From the NCBI GenBank assembly GCA_902604905.1, contig CACLAN010000001.1, forward strand, positions 75,118 to 139,117: a stretch of DNA of 64,000 nt. The letters are read 5' to 3'. Shown in pieces: positions 17,356 to 26,776 of this stretch. The stretch's first letter is position 1. Each line of letters begins with the position of its first letter. The notes under the pieces are model-generated. The model saw only the letters and a list, made by a program, of their open reading frames with translations. It did not search any database and was not told the DNA's origin. The position numbers and the translations under genes are program-made. The stretch comes from an uncultured Alphaproteobacteria bacterium (GTDB lineage Bacteria; Pseudomonadota; Alphaproteobacteria; HIMB59; GCA-002718135).

Positions 17356-18146
17356 ATAAAGAAGATATTCAAGAAGCATCAAAAATTTTATTTGAACATA
17401 GGTTAAATAAAACTGGTTTAAGTTCTTTAAAAAATCTAGAACCTCAGACAATTGATGAGGCTTATGCAATTCAAGATAATTTAAAACTAAGATACTTAGA
17501 ACTGAAAGATAATTTCTGTATTGGAAAAAAAGTTGGATGCACATCTCTAGCTGCACAGAAACAAATGAATATAAAAGAACCCTTCTATGGAAATTTATTT
17601 AACCGATACAGTTCAAATAATATTAATTTATTAAATTCTAAAAATTTCTTTGAACCCTATGTTGAGCCAGAAATTAGTTTCAGAATAAAAGATGATATAA
17701 ATATTTCTAAAGCACCTTTCAAATTTAAAGACTTAGATTATTTATTAGATGGTTTATTTTGTTCAGTTGAAATAGTTGATTTTAGATTTAGAAAACCATT
17801 ATCAGAGATTGGCGCCTTAAATGTAATATCAACTAATGGAGCCTCAGAATTTTGGATACGTGATGAAAATTTAATTAAAATTAAAGATGTAGATCTTAAC
17901 AATTTTGAAGTAAGTTTATTAATAAATGACACAATTGTAGATACTGGAAATACAAAAAATGTATTGGATAATCCATTAAATGCAGTTCTTTGGCTGATAA
18001 ACAATCTGGCAGAAAAAGGCGAGCCAATGCTTAAAGGTCAGTTTATTAGTTCTGGATCTTGCACTAAAGCATTTAGAATTTATCCTAAAAGTAAAATTAA
18101 GGCTGATTTTAATCAATTAGGTTCAATTGAATTTGAATATTTTTAA
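17352..18146 (+). CDS. 2-keto-4-pentenoate hydratase / FAH-family hydratase-decarboxylase
   Basis: AYAIQDNLKLRYLE...GKKVGCTSLAAQKQMNIKEPFYGNLF and the EPEISF block match the MhpD/HpcG-like pattern. 4-nt overlap with the upstream gene. Confidence 0.65.
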   Translation: MNKEDIQEASKILFEHRLNKTGLSSLKNLEPQTIDEAYAIQDNLKLRYLELKDNFCIGKKVGCTSLAAQKQMNIKEPFYGNLFNRYSSNNINLLNSKNFFEPYVEPEISFRIKDDINISKAPFKFKDLDYLLDGLFCSVEIVDFRFRKPLSEIGALNVISTNGASEFWIRDENLIKIKDVDLNNFEVSLLINDTIVDTGNTKNVLDNPLNAVLWLINNLAEKGEPMLKGQFISSGSCTKAFRIYPKSKIKADFNQLGSIEFEYF

Positions 18147-18160
18147 GTTATTTAATTATT

Positions 18161-18523
18161 ATGGAGACAAAAGTTTTTTATAACAAATCATGCAGTATTT
18201 GTAGTTTTGAAATCAATCACTATAAAAAAACTAAGAATAATATTGAGTGGGTAGACATAAATAATGTAAATGAATCAAAATTAGAAACAAATAAAAATGC
18301 AAAAGAACTTTTAAGACGTCTACATACAAAAAAAAATAATAAAGTTTTTTCAGGAGTTGATGCTTTTATTGAAATGTGGTTAGAGATACCAAAATACAGG
18401 TTTTTGGCAAAAATTATTAGAAAACCAATAATATATCAGATTTCTTGGGTTATTTATGAAGCTTTTGCATTAATTCTATTTTACAAAAACAAGAATCAAC
18501 TAAATAAATTAGAAAGAATTTAA
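18161..18523 (+). CDS. Thiol-disulfide oxidoreductase DCC family (DUF393)
   Basis: VFYNKSCSICSFEINHYKK carries the D/N-x-x-C-x-x-C motif at the N-terminus of a 120-aa protein, as in DCC-family proteins. Confidence 0.6.
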   Translation: METKVFYNKSCSICSFEINHYKKTKNNIEWVDINNVNESKLETNKNAKELLRRLHTKKNNKVFSGVDAFIEMWLEIPKYRFLAKIIRKPIIYQISWVIYEAFALILFYKNKNQLNKLERI

Positions 18524-18910
18524 ATGAATAATTATTTTGAGTTATTAGAGAAGATAGTACTGTCAGTACTTATTGTTTGCACAATCATAGCGATTGGAAT
18601 GGAAATACAAGGTATGATTGTAAATTACAAAGTTACACTTGCAGACATTCTTTTGTTATTTATTTATATTGAAATTATTGGAATGATCAAAGAATACTGG
18701 GTTTCTAAAATGATTAGAATGAGCTACCCTCTTTTCATTGCAATGACAGCTCTAGCCAGAATGATAATTATGCAAAGAAAAGATGTAGATCCATCTGCAT
18801 ATGTGTATGAGTCTGTAGCAATATTGATATTAGCAATCGCAATTGTAGTATTAAGAGTGCGTCACATGGAAATACTTAATAGGCGCTCTAAAAAATTACC
18901 TGACGATTAA
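18524..18910 (+). CDS. Small 4-TM membrane protein (PsiE-like, tentative)
   Basis: 128 aa. The IYIEIIGMIKEYW ... ALARMIIMQ pattern is reminiscent of phosphate-starvation-inducible PsiE-family proteins. The start abuts the upstream stop. Confidence 0.4.
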   Translation: MNNYFELLEKIVLSVLIVCTIIAIGMEIQGMIVNYKVTLADILLLFIYIEIIGMIKEYWVSKMIRMSYPLFIAMTALARMIIMQRKDVDPSAYVYESVAILILAIAIVVLRVRHMEILNRRSKKLPDD

Positions 18911-18921
18911 TTAATATTAAA

Positions 18922-20106
18922 ATGTTAAAATCAAATATCAGCTTTGCTGAAGAGCAACTCCTATCTTATTTGCCAAAAACTGGAAAATACTATGAAGCAA
19001 ATAGAAATTACAGTGAAGACAGATCGAATAATAATAATAATACTACATCTCTATTATCTCCCTTCATAAGATATAGGCTAATTTCTGAAGAACAAGTTTT
19101 GGGTGAAGTCTTAAAAAAATATGATCTTAGAGAATGTGAGAAATTTATCCAAGAAATTTATTGGAGAACTTATTGGAAAGGTTGGCTTGAACATAGACCT
19201 TCGGTTTATTCTGATTATTTAGAAGATAGAAATAAATTAATTGAAGAATTTGGTAATAAAAAATTTTATTTAAATGCAATTTCTGGAAATACAAATCTAT
19301 CATTTTTTAATAATTGGGTAAATAATCTTAAAGAAAATGGATACTTGCATAACCATGTAAGAATGTGGTTTGCCTCAATTTGGATTTTTACTCTTAATTT
19401 ACCTTGGCAACTTGGAGCAGATTTTTTTATGCAACATTTATTGGATGGCGATCCAGCATCTAATACTCTATCATGGAGATGGGTTGCCGGTATACAGACT
19501 AAGGGTAAAAATTATTTGGCAAGAAAAAGTAATATAGAAAAATATAGTAATATTGAAATATCAGATAATGAAATTTTAAATGAAAATGCAAATCCTTTAA
19601 TTGAAGAAAAAATTTATAATGTAAATGAACTAAATTTAAATTCTGATTATAATCTTGAAGAGATAAAATATATTTTAATACCAACTGATGAATTAAATAT
19701 TTTAAAAGATTTAAATCATAAAAAAGTAAATGTTTTTACAGGTTTGCCACTAGAAGATTATAATGATCACAATTTCTCTGAAAAAATAATTAAACATATA
19801 AAAAGTATTTGTATTTCATGTTTCAGTGATGATGATTTTTATAAAAATATTAAAATTGATATTCAATTTGAAAGTTATTTTGAAAGTTTAGATAAATGGA
19901 TAGAAAAATTTCAAATTCAAGAAATTTATTTACCCTATGTTACAAAGGGAAATTGGAAAAAAATTTATAAAAAAATAATTACAAAATACCCATCAATTAA
20001 TTTTATAATTTTTAATAGAAAATATGATCTTAATAGTTGGATTTTTTCAAAAAAAGGTTATTTCAAATTTAAACAAAATATTCCAAATCTAATTACAAAA
20101 ATTTAA
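18922..20106 (+). CDS. Photolyase/cryptochrome-related protein with the FAD-binding-type domain at the N-terminus
   Basis: TSLLSPFIRYRLIS, IYWRTYWKGWLEH and HNHVRMWFASIWIFTLNLPWQLGADFFMQHLLDGDPASNTLSWRWVAG are photolyase FAD-domain blocks. They occupy aa 1-215, followed by about 180 aa of unassigned sequence. Confidence 0.65.
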   Translation: MLKSNISFAEEQLLSYLPKTGKYYEANRNYSEDRSNNNNNTTSLLSPFIRYRLISEEQVLGEVLKKYDLRECEKFIQEIYWRTYWKGWLEHRPSVYSDYLEDRNKLIEEFGNKKFYLNAISGNTNLSFFNNWVNNLKENGYLHNHVRMWFASIWIFTLNLPWQLGADFFMQHLLDGDPASNTLSWRWVAGIQTKGKNYLARKSNIEKYSNIEISDNEILNENANPLIEEKIYNVNELNLNSDYNLEEIKYILIPTDELNILKDLNHKKVNVFTGLPLEDYNDHNFSEKIIKHIKSICISCFSDDDFYKNIKIDIQFESYFESLDKWIEKFQIQEIYLPYVTKGNWKKIYKKIITKYPSINFIIFNRKYDLNSWIFSKKGYFKFKQNIPNLITKI

Positions 20107-20109
20107 ATT

Positions 20110-21054
20110 ATGAAGAATATACTTGAGATAAATAATGTAACTAAATTTTATAAAAATTCAGTTAAAGCATTAGAAAATGTAAATCTTAATATTAAAGAAG
20201 GAGAAATATTTGCTCTACTTGGACCAAATGGTGCAGGAAAATCAACACTGATAAACTCAATTTGTGGAATTGTAAATTTTAATACAGGAACAATAAAAAT
20301 AAATAATATGGATATTGTTAAAAATTATCGAACTACTAGAAAAATAACAGGTATTGTTCCTCAAGAATTAAATCTTGAATCTTTTGAAACTGTCTGGAAC
20401 AATGTTAATTATTCTAGAGGTCTTTTTGGGAAGAAGCCTGATCATAATTATATAGAAAAGCTTTTAAAACAACTATCCTTATGGGACAAAAAAGATAATA
20501 AAATTAAAGAACTATCGGGCGGAATGAAAAGAAGGGTTCTGATAGCTAAAGCTTTATCTCACCAACCTAAATTATTATTTTTAGATGAACCAACAGCTAG
20601 TGTGGATGTTGAATTACGTAAAGACATGTGGGATGTTGTAAAAAAATTAAATGAAGATGGAGTAACAATTATTTTAACAACACATTATATTGAAGAAGCT
20701 GAAGAGTTAAGTGATAGAGTGGCAGTTATAAATGATGGTAAAATAATTTTAGTCGATGAAAAAGATAAATTAATTAAAAAACTTGGAGAAAAAACAATTA
20801 AAATTGAATTATTTGAACCTATAGAAAAAATAAATGGTAATTTATCAAAATATAATTTTACTTTAGATCAAACAAATAAAATTATCTCACATACCTATAA
20901 TTTAAACTCAAACACAACTGATGTTACTGAATTATTAAATGATGTAAAAAAAGATGGTTATGAAATAAAAGATATTAATACTGAGCAAAGTTCACTGGAA
21001 GAGATTTTCATTAAACTAATAAAGGAAAATAATAATGAATTGGTACGGAGTTAA
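20110..21054 (+). CDS. ABC transporter ATP-binding protein (ABC-2 exporter type)
   Basis: Walker A GPNGAGKST, signature LSGGMKRR, Walker B LLFLDEPT. Confidence 0.9.
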   Translation: MKNILEINNVTKFYKNSVKALENVNLNIKEGEIFALLGPNGAGKSTLINSICGIVNFNTGTIKINNMDIVKNYRTTRKITGIVPQELNLESFETVWNNVNYSRGLFGKKPDHNYIEKLLKQLSLWDKKDNKIKELSGGMKRRVLIAKALSHQPKLLFLDEPTASVDVELRKDMWDVVKKLNEDGVTIILTTHYIEEAEELSDRVAVINDGKIILVDEKDKLIKKLGEKTIKIELFEPIEKINGNLSKYNFTLDQTNKIISHTYNLNSNTTDVTELLNDVKKDGYEIKDINTEQSSLEEIFIKLIKENNNELVRS

Positions 21055-21796
21055 AGCAATATATATTCATGAAATGGAAAGGTTTAGAAGAACCTTATTT
21101 CAAAGTCTTGCCTCGCCAATAATCACAACTTCTCTTTACTTTGTAGTTTTTGGGTCTGCAATTGGTTCAAGAATTACAGAGATAGATGGAATAAATTATG
21201 GCTCTTATATCGTACCAGGAATGATTATGTTAACTATCTTGACTCAATCAATTTCAAATGCTTCTTTTGCTTTTTATTTTCCAAGATTTACAAATACTAT
21301 CTATGAAATACTTGCTGCACCATTATCATCATTTGAGATAGTACTTGGTTTTGTAGGAGCCGCAGCATCCAAATCATTAATAATTGGATGTGTAATTATT
21401 CTAACAGCTAATTTTTTTGTAGATGTAAGAATAGATCACCCTCTTCTCATGATGTTTTTTTTAATTCTAACATCCATTACATTTGCTTTATTTGGCTTTA
21501 TAATTGGAATGTATGCCGAGGGCTTTGAAGGATTACAAATTATTCCAATTCTAATAATTACACCGTTAGTTTTTTTAGGTGGAAGTTTTTACTCTATTAA
21601 TATGCTTCCAGAATTTTGGCAGAAAATATCATTACTTAATCCTGTTTTATATTTAATAAGCGGTTTCAGATATAGTTTTTATGAAGTTTCTGATGTATCA
21701 CTACTTACAAGTACATTAACTATCCTAACAATTCTGATTGGATGCATAATATTTATCACATATACATTTTCAAAAGGATATAGAATTAAAGATTAA
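21035..21796 (+). CDS. ABC-2 type transporter permease
   Basis: 253 aa, 6 TM. N-terminal YGVKAIYIHEMERFRRT is typical of YadH/ABC-2 permeases. Overlaps the ATPase gene by 20 nt. Confidence 0.85.
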   Translation: MNWYGVKAIYIHEMERFRRTLFQSLASPIITTSLYFVVFGSAIGSRITEIDGINYGSYIVPGMIMLTILTQSISNASFAFYFPRFTNTIYEILAAPLSSFEIVLGFVGAAASKSLIIGCVIILTANFFVDVRIDHPLLMMFFLILTSITFALFGFIIGMYAEGFEGLQIIPILIITPLVFLGGSFYSINMLPEFWQKISLLNPVLYLISGFRYSFYEVSDVSLLTSTLTILTILIGCIIFITYTFSKGYRIKD

Positions 21797-22591
21797 ATGA
21801 TTGAAAAAAATACTAGTAATGAGTTTCAGAATAATGGAGTTGTATTACTAAAAAGAATTATTGATCAAAAATGGATTGAAGAACTAAGAAAGGGTGTTGA
21901 GCATAATTTTAAAAACCCAAGTAAATATAAATGTGTTTATGAAGAAGAAAATAATCAAGAGATATTTTATGATGATTATTGTAATTGGCAAAGAATAAAA
22001 GAGTATAAAAATTTTATTTTTAATTCTAATATTGCCAAAATCGCTGGTTCATTAATGCAATCTAATAAAGTAAATTTATTCCACGAGCATGTTTTAATAA
22101 AAGAAAAAGGATCAAAAAAAAGAACACCTTGGCATCAAGATCAAGGGTATTACTGTGTACAAGGAAGAGATAATGTAAGTATTTGGATACCACTTGATAA
22201 AATTGATATTAATTCATCAATGGAATTCATACTAGGGTCACATAAGTGGGATAAAATATTTTTACCTACAAAATTTAAAGGTTATGATTATGATCATAAA
22301 GATAAAGAATTTGAAAAAATTCCAGATATTGAAAATAATAGAAAAGATTATGAAATAATATCCTATGAATGTGAGCTAGGAGATGCCATAGCATTTAACT
22401 ATGCAACAATTCATGCTGCATATGGTAATAATTCAAATACTAGAAGAAGAGCTTTTTCAGTGAGATTTACTGGTGATGACGCAAGATATATTAAGAGGAA
22501 AGGTGAAATGTCTCCCCCATTTCCAAATATTAATCTCAAAAATAATGAGGTTTTAGATAGTGAAACTTTTCCAGTCTTAATTTCTTCTTAA
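21797..22591 (+). CDS. Phytanoyl-CoA dioxygenase (PhyH) family Fe(II)/2-oxoglutarate oxygenase
   Basis: TPWHQDQGYY (H-x-D facial triad), SIWIPLD, distal His in ATIHAAYGN, Arg in RRRAFSVRF. Confidence 0.7.
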   Translation: MIEKNTSNEFQNNGVVLLKRIIDQKWIEELRKGVEHNFKNPSKYKCVYEEENNQEIFYDDYCNWQRIKEYKNFIFNSNIAKIAGSLMQSNKVNLFHEHVLIKEKGSKKRTPWHQDQGYYCVQGRDNVSIWIPLDKIDINSSMEFILGSHKWDKIFLPTKFKGYDYDHKDKEFEKIPDIENNRKDYEIISYECELGDAIAFNYATIHAAYGNNSNTRRRAFSVRFTGDDARYIKRKGEMSPPFPNINLKNNEVLDSETFPVLISS

Positions 22592-23413
22592 GAAATATAT
22601 TAATGGCAGAGCTGTTGCATACATTATTAAACTATAAATAGCAGCAGGTATCAAATAAACCGTACTTGCAAAAAAAGTATTAGCTACTACAATTGCTAAA
22701 GTTCCATTTTGTAGCCCCACTTCCATTAACCAACATCTGAAAGTTTCTTTAGATGCATTAAAAGATCTCGATAGAAAATAAACAATTATCATCATTATCA
22801 CATTGAGAAATAACATAACCAAACCGGCTTGAGCAAAATAACTAAAAACATTTTCTCTTTGAGAAACAATCGCACCGAGAAGCACTAAAGCAAATAAGAC
22901 AATAGAGATGTTTTTAGCAATTTTCTCAAAACTGGATAAGAAGCCACTTAATAAAACACCCAAAATTACGGGAATAGTTACAATTAAAAACATTTGAAAA
23001 GCGATGTTTAATAATGATTGACCTTCATTTAAGCCACCATAACCCAGAAGTGATAATGAAATAATTAAAATTACTGGAACAGTAATAACACAAAGAATGC
23101 TATTTATAGCTGTTAATGAAATAGATAAAGCGATGTTTCCTTTTGCATAAGATGTTAGAACATTACTTGTAACTCCTCCAGGAGCAGCTGCTAGGATCAT
23201 CACTCCAATTGCAAGCTCAGGTGTTAATGGCCAAAAGAATACAATAATAAGTGCAACTATAGGTAAAATAATTATCTGAAAAAATAAACCTATTAAAAAA
23301 TCTCGCGGTTTAAAAAAAACTCTAGTAAAATCTGAAAGAGATAATCCCAAACCAAGAGAAAACATAATAAATGCTAAAGATATTGGTAAAATTACATCAG
23401 TTACAATTCCCAT
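22577..23413 (-). CDS. Bile acid:Na+ symporter (BASS) family transporter
   Basis: 278 aa. MFSLGLGLSLSDF and AAAPGGVTSNVLTSYAKGNIALSISLT are BASS-family signature blocks. Confidence 0.75.
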   Translation of the reverse strand: MGIVTDVILPISLAFIMFSLGLGLSLSDFTRVFFKPRDFLIGLFFQIIILPIVALIIVFFWPLTPELAIGVMILAAAPGGVTSNVLTSYAKGNIALSISLTAINSILCVITVPVILIISLSLLGYGGLNEGQSLLNIAFQMFLIVTIPVILGVLLSGFLSSFEKIAKNISIVLFALVLLGAIVSQRENVFSYFAQAGLVMLFLNVIMMIIVYFLSRSFNASKETFRCWLMEVGLQNGTLAIVVANTFFASTVYLIPAAIYSLIMYATALPLIYFLRRN

Positions 23414-23465
23414 AAAGAAATAACTATCATTTGTTTACTGAAAAAAAAATATATTATTTTGAAAA

Positions 23466-23864
23466 TTAAGTCGAAAATTTTTCTAGCATTTCATGGGGAA
23501 TTTTTGCAATTTTACCATTAAAAAAAACTGGAGTAATTAATATTTCCGAATCAACCAATAATTCTTCATTCTTTTTGATTTGCTGATGAAACAATATTTT
23601 TACTTTAGAAATGTTTATAATTTTTGTCGTAATTTTTAAAATATCCTCAAAATATGCTGGCTTTTTATAGTCTATCTTGCAATTCTTTACTACAAAATAG
23701 AATTTATATTTTTCTAGTATATTTTTGTGAGTGAAGCCTAAGTTATATAAGTAATCTGTTCTTCCTCTTTCAAGAAATTTTAGATAATTTGCATAATAAA
23801 CTCTTTCAGAAGCATCGGTATCTTCGTAATAAATTTTAATTTCTGTATTCATAAAATTGATCAA
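23466..23864 (-). CDS. 4HBT/YbgC-type acyl-CoA thioesterase
   Basis: IKIYYEDTDASERVYYANYLKFLERGRTDYL is the classic hot-dog YbgC N-terminal motif with its catalytic Asp. Confidence 0.8.
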   Translation of the reverse strand: MINFMNTEIKIYYEDTDASERVYYANYLKFLERGRTDYLYNLGFTHKNILEKYKFYFVVKNCKIDYKKPAYFEDILKITTKIINISKVKILFHQQIKKNEELLVDSEILITPVFFNGKIAKIPHEMLEKFST

Positions 23865-24963
23865 TAAATTGATTTAAATTGTCTGATATCTGAAAACCAA
23901 TTCCATAATTTTCATTTAATTCTAGATAACCGTTAATAATTTGAAATGATGGATTTACTATTTTTGTTCTGAGTTCATTTTCATTAATATCATATTCTAA
24001 ATATCCGTCAGGGTTTAAAGCTGACATTATATGAGCTGAAGAAATTAAACCAATAGCTCCTCCCAAATAATGTAACCATATTTTATTTTTTTTAATATTT
24101 TTACCTAAATCTAAGATGTCAGTGATACCTCCATAACGTGCTAAATCTGGTTGTAAAAACTGTATTTGTGTATCATTATCTAATTCATAAAATTTTTTTA
24201 AATAAATTAGATTTTCACCAAATGCTAAATTTTTGTGTAATTTGTTTAGTTGAACTATTTCAGATATCGAATGGTTTGCAGATATAGGTTCTTCTAACCA
24301 CAAATAATTGAAGTTTTTCAATTTACTAATATTTTCATGAACATTATCTAAGCTCCAAGCCTGGTTTACATCTAGCATATATTTTTCATTAGATGCTATA
24401 GTTTCTTCAATAGAAGTTATCGCTTTAATGTCTTCTAAAATATTAAAACCAATTTTAATTTTAAATCTATCTATGCCCAATAGTCGAGCTTCTTGAATTC
24501 TTTCTAAGTGTTCATCTCTGTTTATTCCACTTGCATAAACTTTAATTTTATTTTTGGATTGATCATTAATTAATTTGTTTAAGGGTTTTTTTTTAATTTT
24601 AGAAAAAAGATCCCATGCAGCACAATCTATACCAGAAAAAATGTTTTCAAAAGCACCAAAGTCACCTGTTTGATTTTTAATTGAATTAAATTTTTCTATT
24701 AAAAATTTTTTAACACTTGAGGGATCTTCAAATTGAAAATTAATTAAAAAATCAATGAAATAGTCTTTTAAGATTTCAAATCTATATCTACCGCCATGAT
24801 TTGGAAAATTACACCATATTTCCCCTATTCCATAATTATTATTTTCATCATCAATTTCTATAACTAAAGAGGATCTAAATTTGATATTACCAAAAGATGA
24901 AAGTACAGGATTTTTGTTGTTATATTTTAATAAATAAATTTTGATATTTGTTATTTTGATCAT
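23836..24963 (-). CDS. Enolase-superfamily enzyme (mandelate racemase/muconate lactonizing family)
   Basis: FKIKIG (K-x-K), with metal ligands in LDVNQAW, WLEEP and FGEN. Confidence 0.75.
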   Translation of the reverse strand: MIKITNIKIYLLKYNNKNPVLSSFGNIKFRSSLVIEIDDENNNYGIGEIWCNFPNHGGRYRFEILKDYFIDFLINFQFEDPSSVKKFLIEKFNSIKNQTGDFGAFENIFSGIDCAAWDLFSKIKKKPLNKLINDQSKNKIKVYASGINRDEHLERIQEARLLGIDRFKIKIGFNILEDIKAITSIEETIASNEKYMLDVNQAWSLDNVHENISKLKNFNYLWLEEPISANHSISEIVQLNKLHKNLAFGENLIYLKKFYELDNDTQIQFLQPDLARYGGITDILDLGKNIKKNKIWLHYLGGAIGLISSAHIMSALNPDGYLEYDINENELRTKIVNPSFQIINGYLELNENYGIGFQISDNLNQFIDQFYEYRN

Positions 24964-25835
24964 TTATTTTTAATAAAATTAAACATTGATGTCCAATCTA
25001 GATCTCCAAATTCTTTTTTTGAAGCATCATCATAAATTTTCTCTGCTGCCTTACCCATATTTAGATTTAAATTTTGTTCAGATGCAAATTGAATAGCAAG
25101 ACGTAAATCTTTTAATGCTAAATTATTTTTAAAACCTGGAGATACATCATTTTTAAAAACTTTAGCAGGATATGTCAAATTCATGTGTCCCTTCCCGGCT
25201 GCAGTTGTGAGCATTAATTCAATAGCCATTTTTTTGTCTATACCTGATTTATCAGCTAAATTTAAAGTTTCTGCTGTCAATATATTTAAGGCAATGGACA
25301 TGTAGTTATTTATAATTTTCATTTTACTACCTGAGCCATTTTCACCGCAATAAACTATATCGCTTCCCATAGTTTCTAATAAATTTTTTATATTCTTAAA
25401 TTCATCTTTATTACCACCTACCATTATTAAAAGAGTACCATCAATTGCATTCTGTACTAATCTTGCAACAGGTGCATCAAACATTTTTATGTTATTTTTT
25501 TTTAGCTCCTCATTAATAAAAATAGAATCATTAGGATTAATTGTACTCATATCAATTAATACAAAATTTTTATTATCTTGATAAATCAAACCATTTTTAC
25601 CAAAACATATTTCTTTTACATTGTCTCCATTTGGCAACATAGTAATGATTATTTCAACATTTTGAGATAATTCTGATAAACTTGATTTTTGGATACCTCC
25701 TAGTTTTTCTAAAGTATTAACTGAATCAGAATTAACAAAAGGATCATAAAAGGATAAACTATAACCTTTGTTAATAATATTAGATGCCATCGGGAAACCC
25801 ATTGTACCTATTCCAATAAATCCAATTTTTTTCAT
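24960..25835 (-). CDS. NAD(P)-dependent beta-hydroxyacid dehydrogenase (HIBADH/YihU-like family)
   Basis: MKKIGFIGIGTMGFPMASNI Rossmann motif; GSGSKMKIINN is the conserved catalytic Lys block. Confidence 0.85.
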   Translation of the reverse strand: MKKIGFIGIGTMGFPMASNIINKGYSLSFYDPFVNSDSVNTLEKLGGIQKSSLSELSQNVEIIITMLPNGDNVKEICFGKNGLIYQDNKNFVLIDMSTINPNDSIFINEELKKNNIKMFDAPVARLVQNAIDGTLLIMVGGNKDEFKNIKNLLETMGSDIVYCGENGSGSKMKIINNYMSIALNILTAETLNLADKSGIDKKMAIELMLTTAAGKGHMNLTYPAKVFKNDVSPGFKNNLALKDLRLAIQFASEQNLNLNMGKAAEKIYDDASKKEFGDLDWTSMFNFIKNK

Positions 25836-25849
25836 AACTATCTCCTTAT

Positions 25850-26776
25850 TTATAAATCTAAAGTCGATTTAAGTTTTTCAACTCTCTCCAAACCTTGATT
25901 TTCTAACCATTTAATAAATTCAGTATTTGATTGATTGCAAAATATATCAATTGAGTCTTGCCATAAAGATCTTCCACATAAAAAACCAAGACAATTAATG
26001 TTTAATTTCATTGAAATAGACATTGATTTATAAAAATTACTAAATTTCATTCCAGCACTCAAAAATACAAATGGCTTCATTGTTTTACCAAATGTATTCA
26101 ATAATATTTCTTCACAATAACTAATTGTATTAGCATTATTATAATCATCTAGAATGCTTTCATTAAAAGGAAATTCGATTTTAATAATGCTAACATTATA
26201 ATCTGGTTTAGAAAATTCAGAGTAAAAATATGTTATATATTCATGCTTTTTCTTATTATATTCTTCATTAGACTTTTTGATTAAAGGATCATTGTACAAT
26301 AAGGGCTCAAATAAAAATGGTTTATTTAAATTTAAACACATATTTCCTATTTTTTTTATTAAAATATTTTTTTTATTATTTATTTCTTGAGGAGAGTCTG
26401 GATTATAATACATAAAAAATTTAATTGCCTTAAAATCATCTATTGTTTTATCTATTGATTTATTAGTTGGTAGTTTAGTAATTCTTTCAACATTATCAAT
26501 GTTATAAGCATCATCTTCATATGCGATAATTTTTGGTATATTTAAATTTTTAAACTTTTCATGTTTTTCATATGTCTCAAAATCAAATAAAACAGCTGAA
26601 AGATTTGATCCTAATATTTGTATTATGTTTTTTTTAAAAAAAAAATAATCCTCATCTTTAAAATTATTTTTTTTTTGATTTATAATTTCTTTTAGACTCG
26701 TTCCCTGGTCTATTGCTAATGCAAAAAACTTTTTATTAATTAACACATCATTAATTAATTCTTTTTGATGCATCAT
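25850..26776 (-). CDS. Class I aldolase of the LacD/YihT (tagatose-bisphosphate / sulfofructose-phosphate aldolase) family
   Basis: FFALAIDQGTSLKEII (cf. ALAIDQRG), IIKIEFP (Schiff-base Lys strand) and FLSAGMKF...GFLCGRSLWQD (cf. LCGRATW). The track start at 26812 overlaps dhaK by 40 nt. The ATG at 26774-26776 gives an ATGA overlap with the dhaK stop and is preferred. Confidence 0.6.
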   Translation of the reverse strand: MMHQKELINDVLINKKFFALAIDQGTSLKEIINQKKNNFKDEDYFFFKKNIIQILGSNLSAVLFDFETYEKHEKFKNLNIPKIIAYEDDAYNIDNVERITKLPTNKSIDKTIDDFKAIKFFMYYNPDSPQEINNKKNILIKKIGNMCLNLNKPFLFEPLLYNDPLIKKSNEEYNKKKHEYITYFYSEFSKPDYNVSIIKIEFPFNESILDDYNNANTISYCEEILLNTFGKTMKPFVFLSAGMKFSNFYKSMSISMKLNINCLGFLCGRSLWQDSIDIFCNQSNTEFIKWLENQGLERVEKLKSTLDL

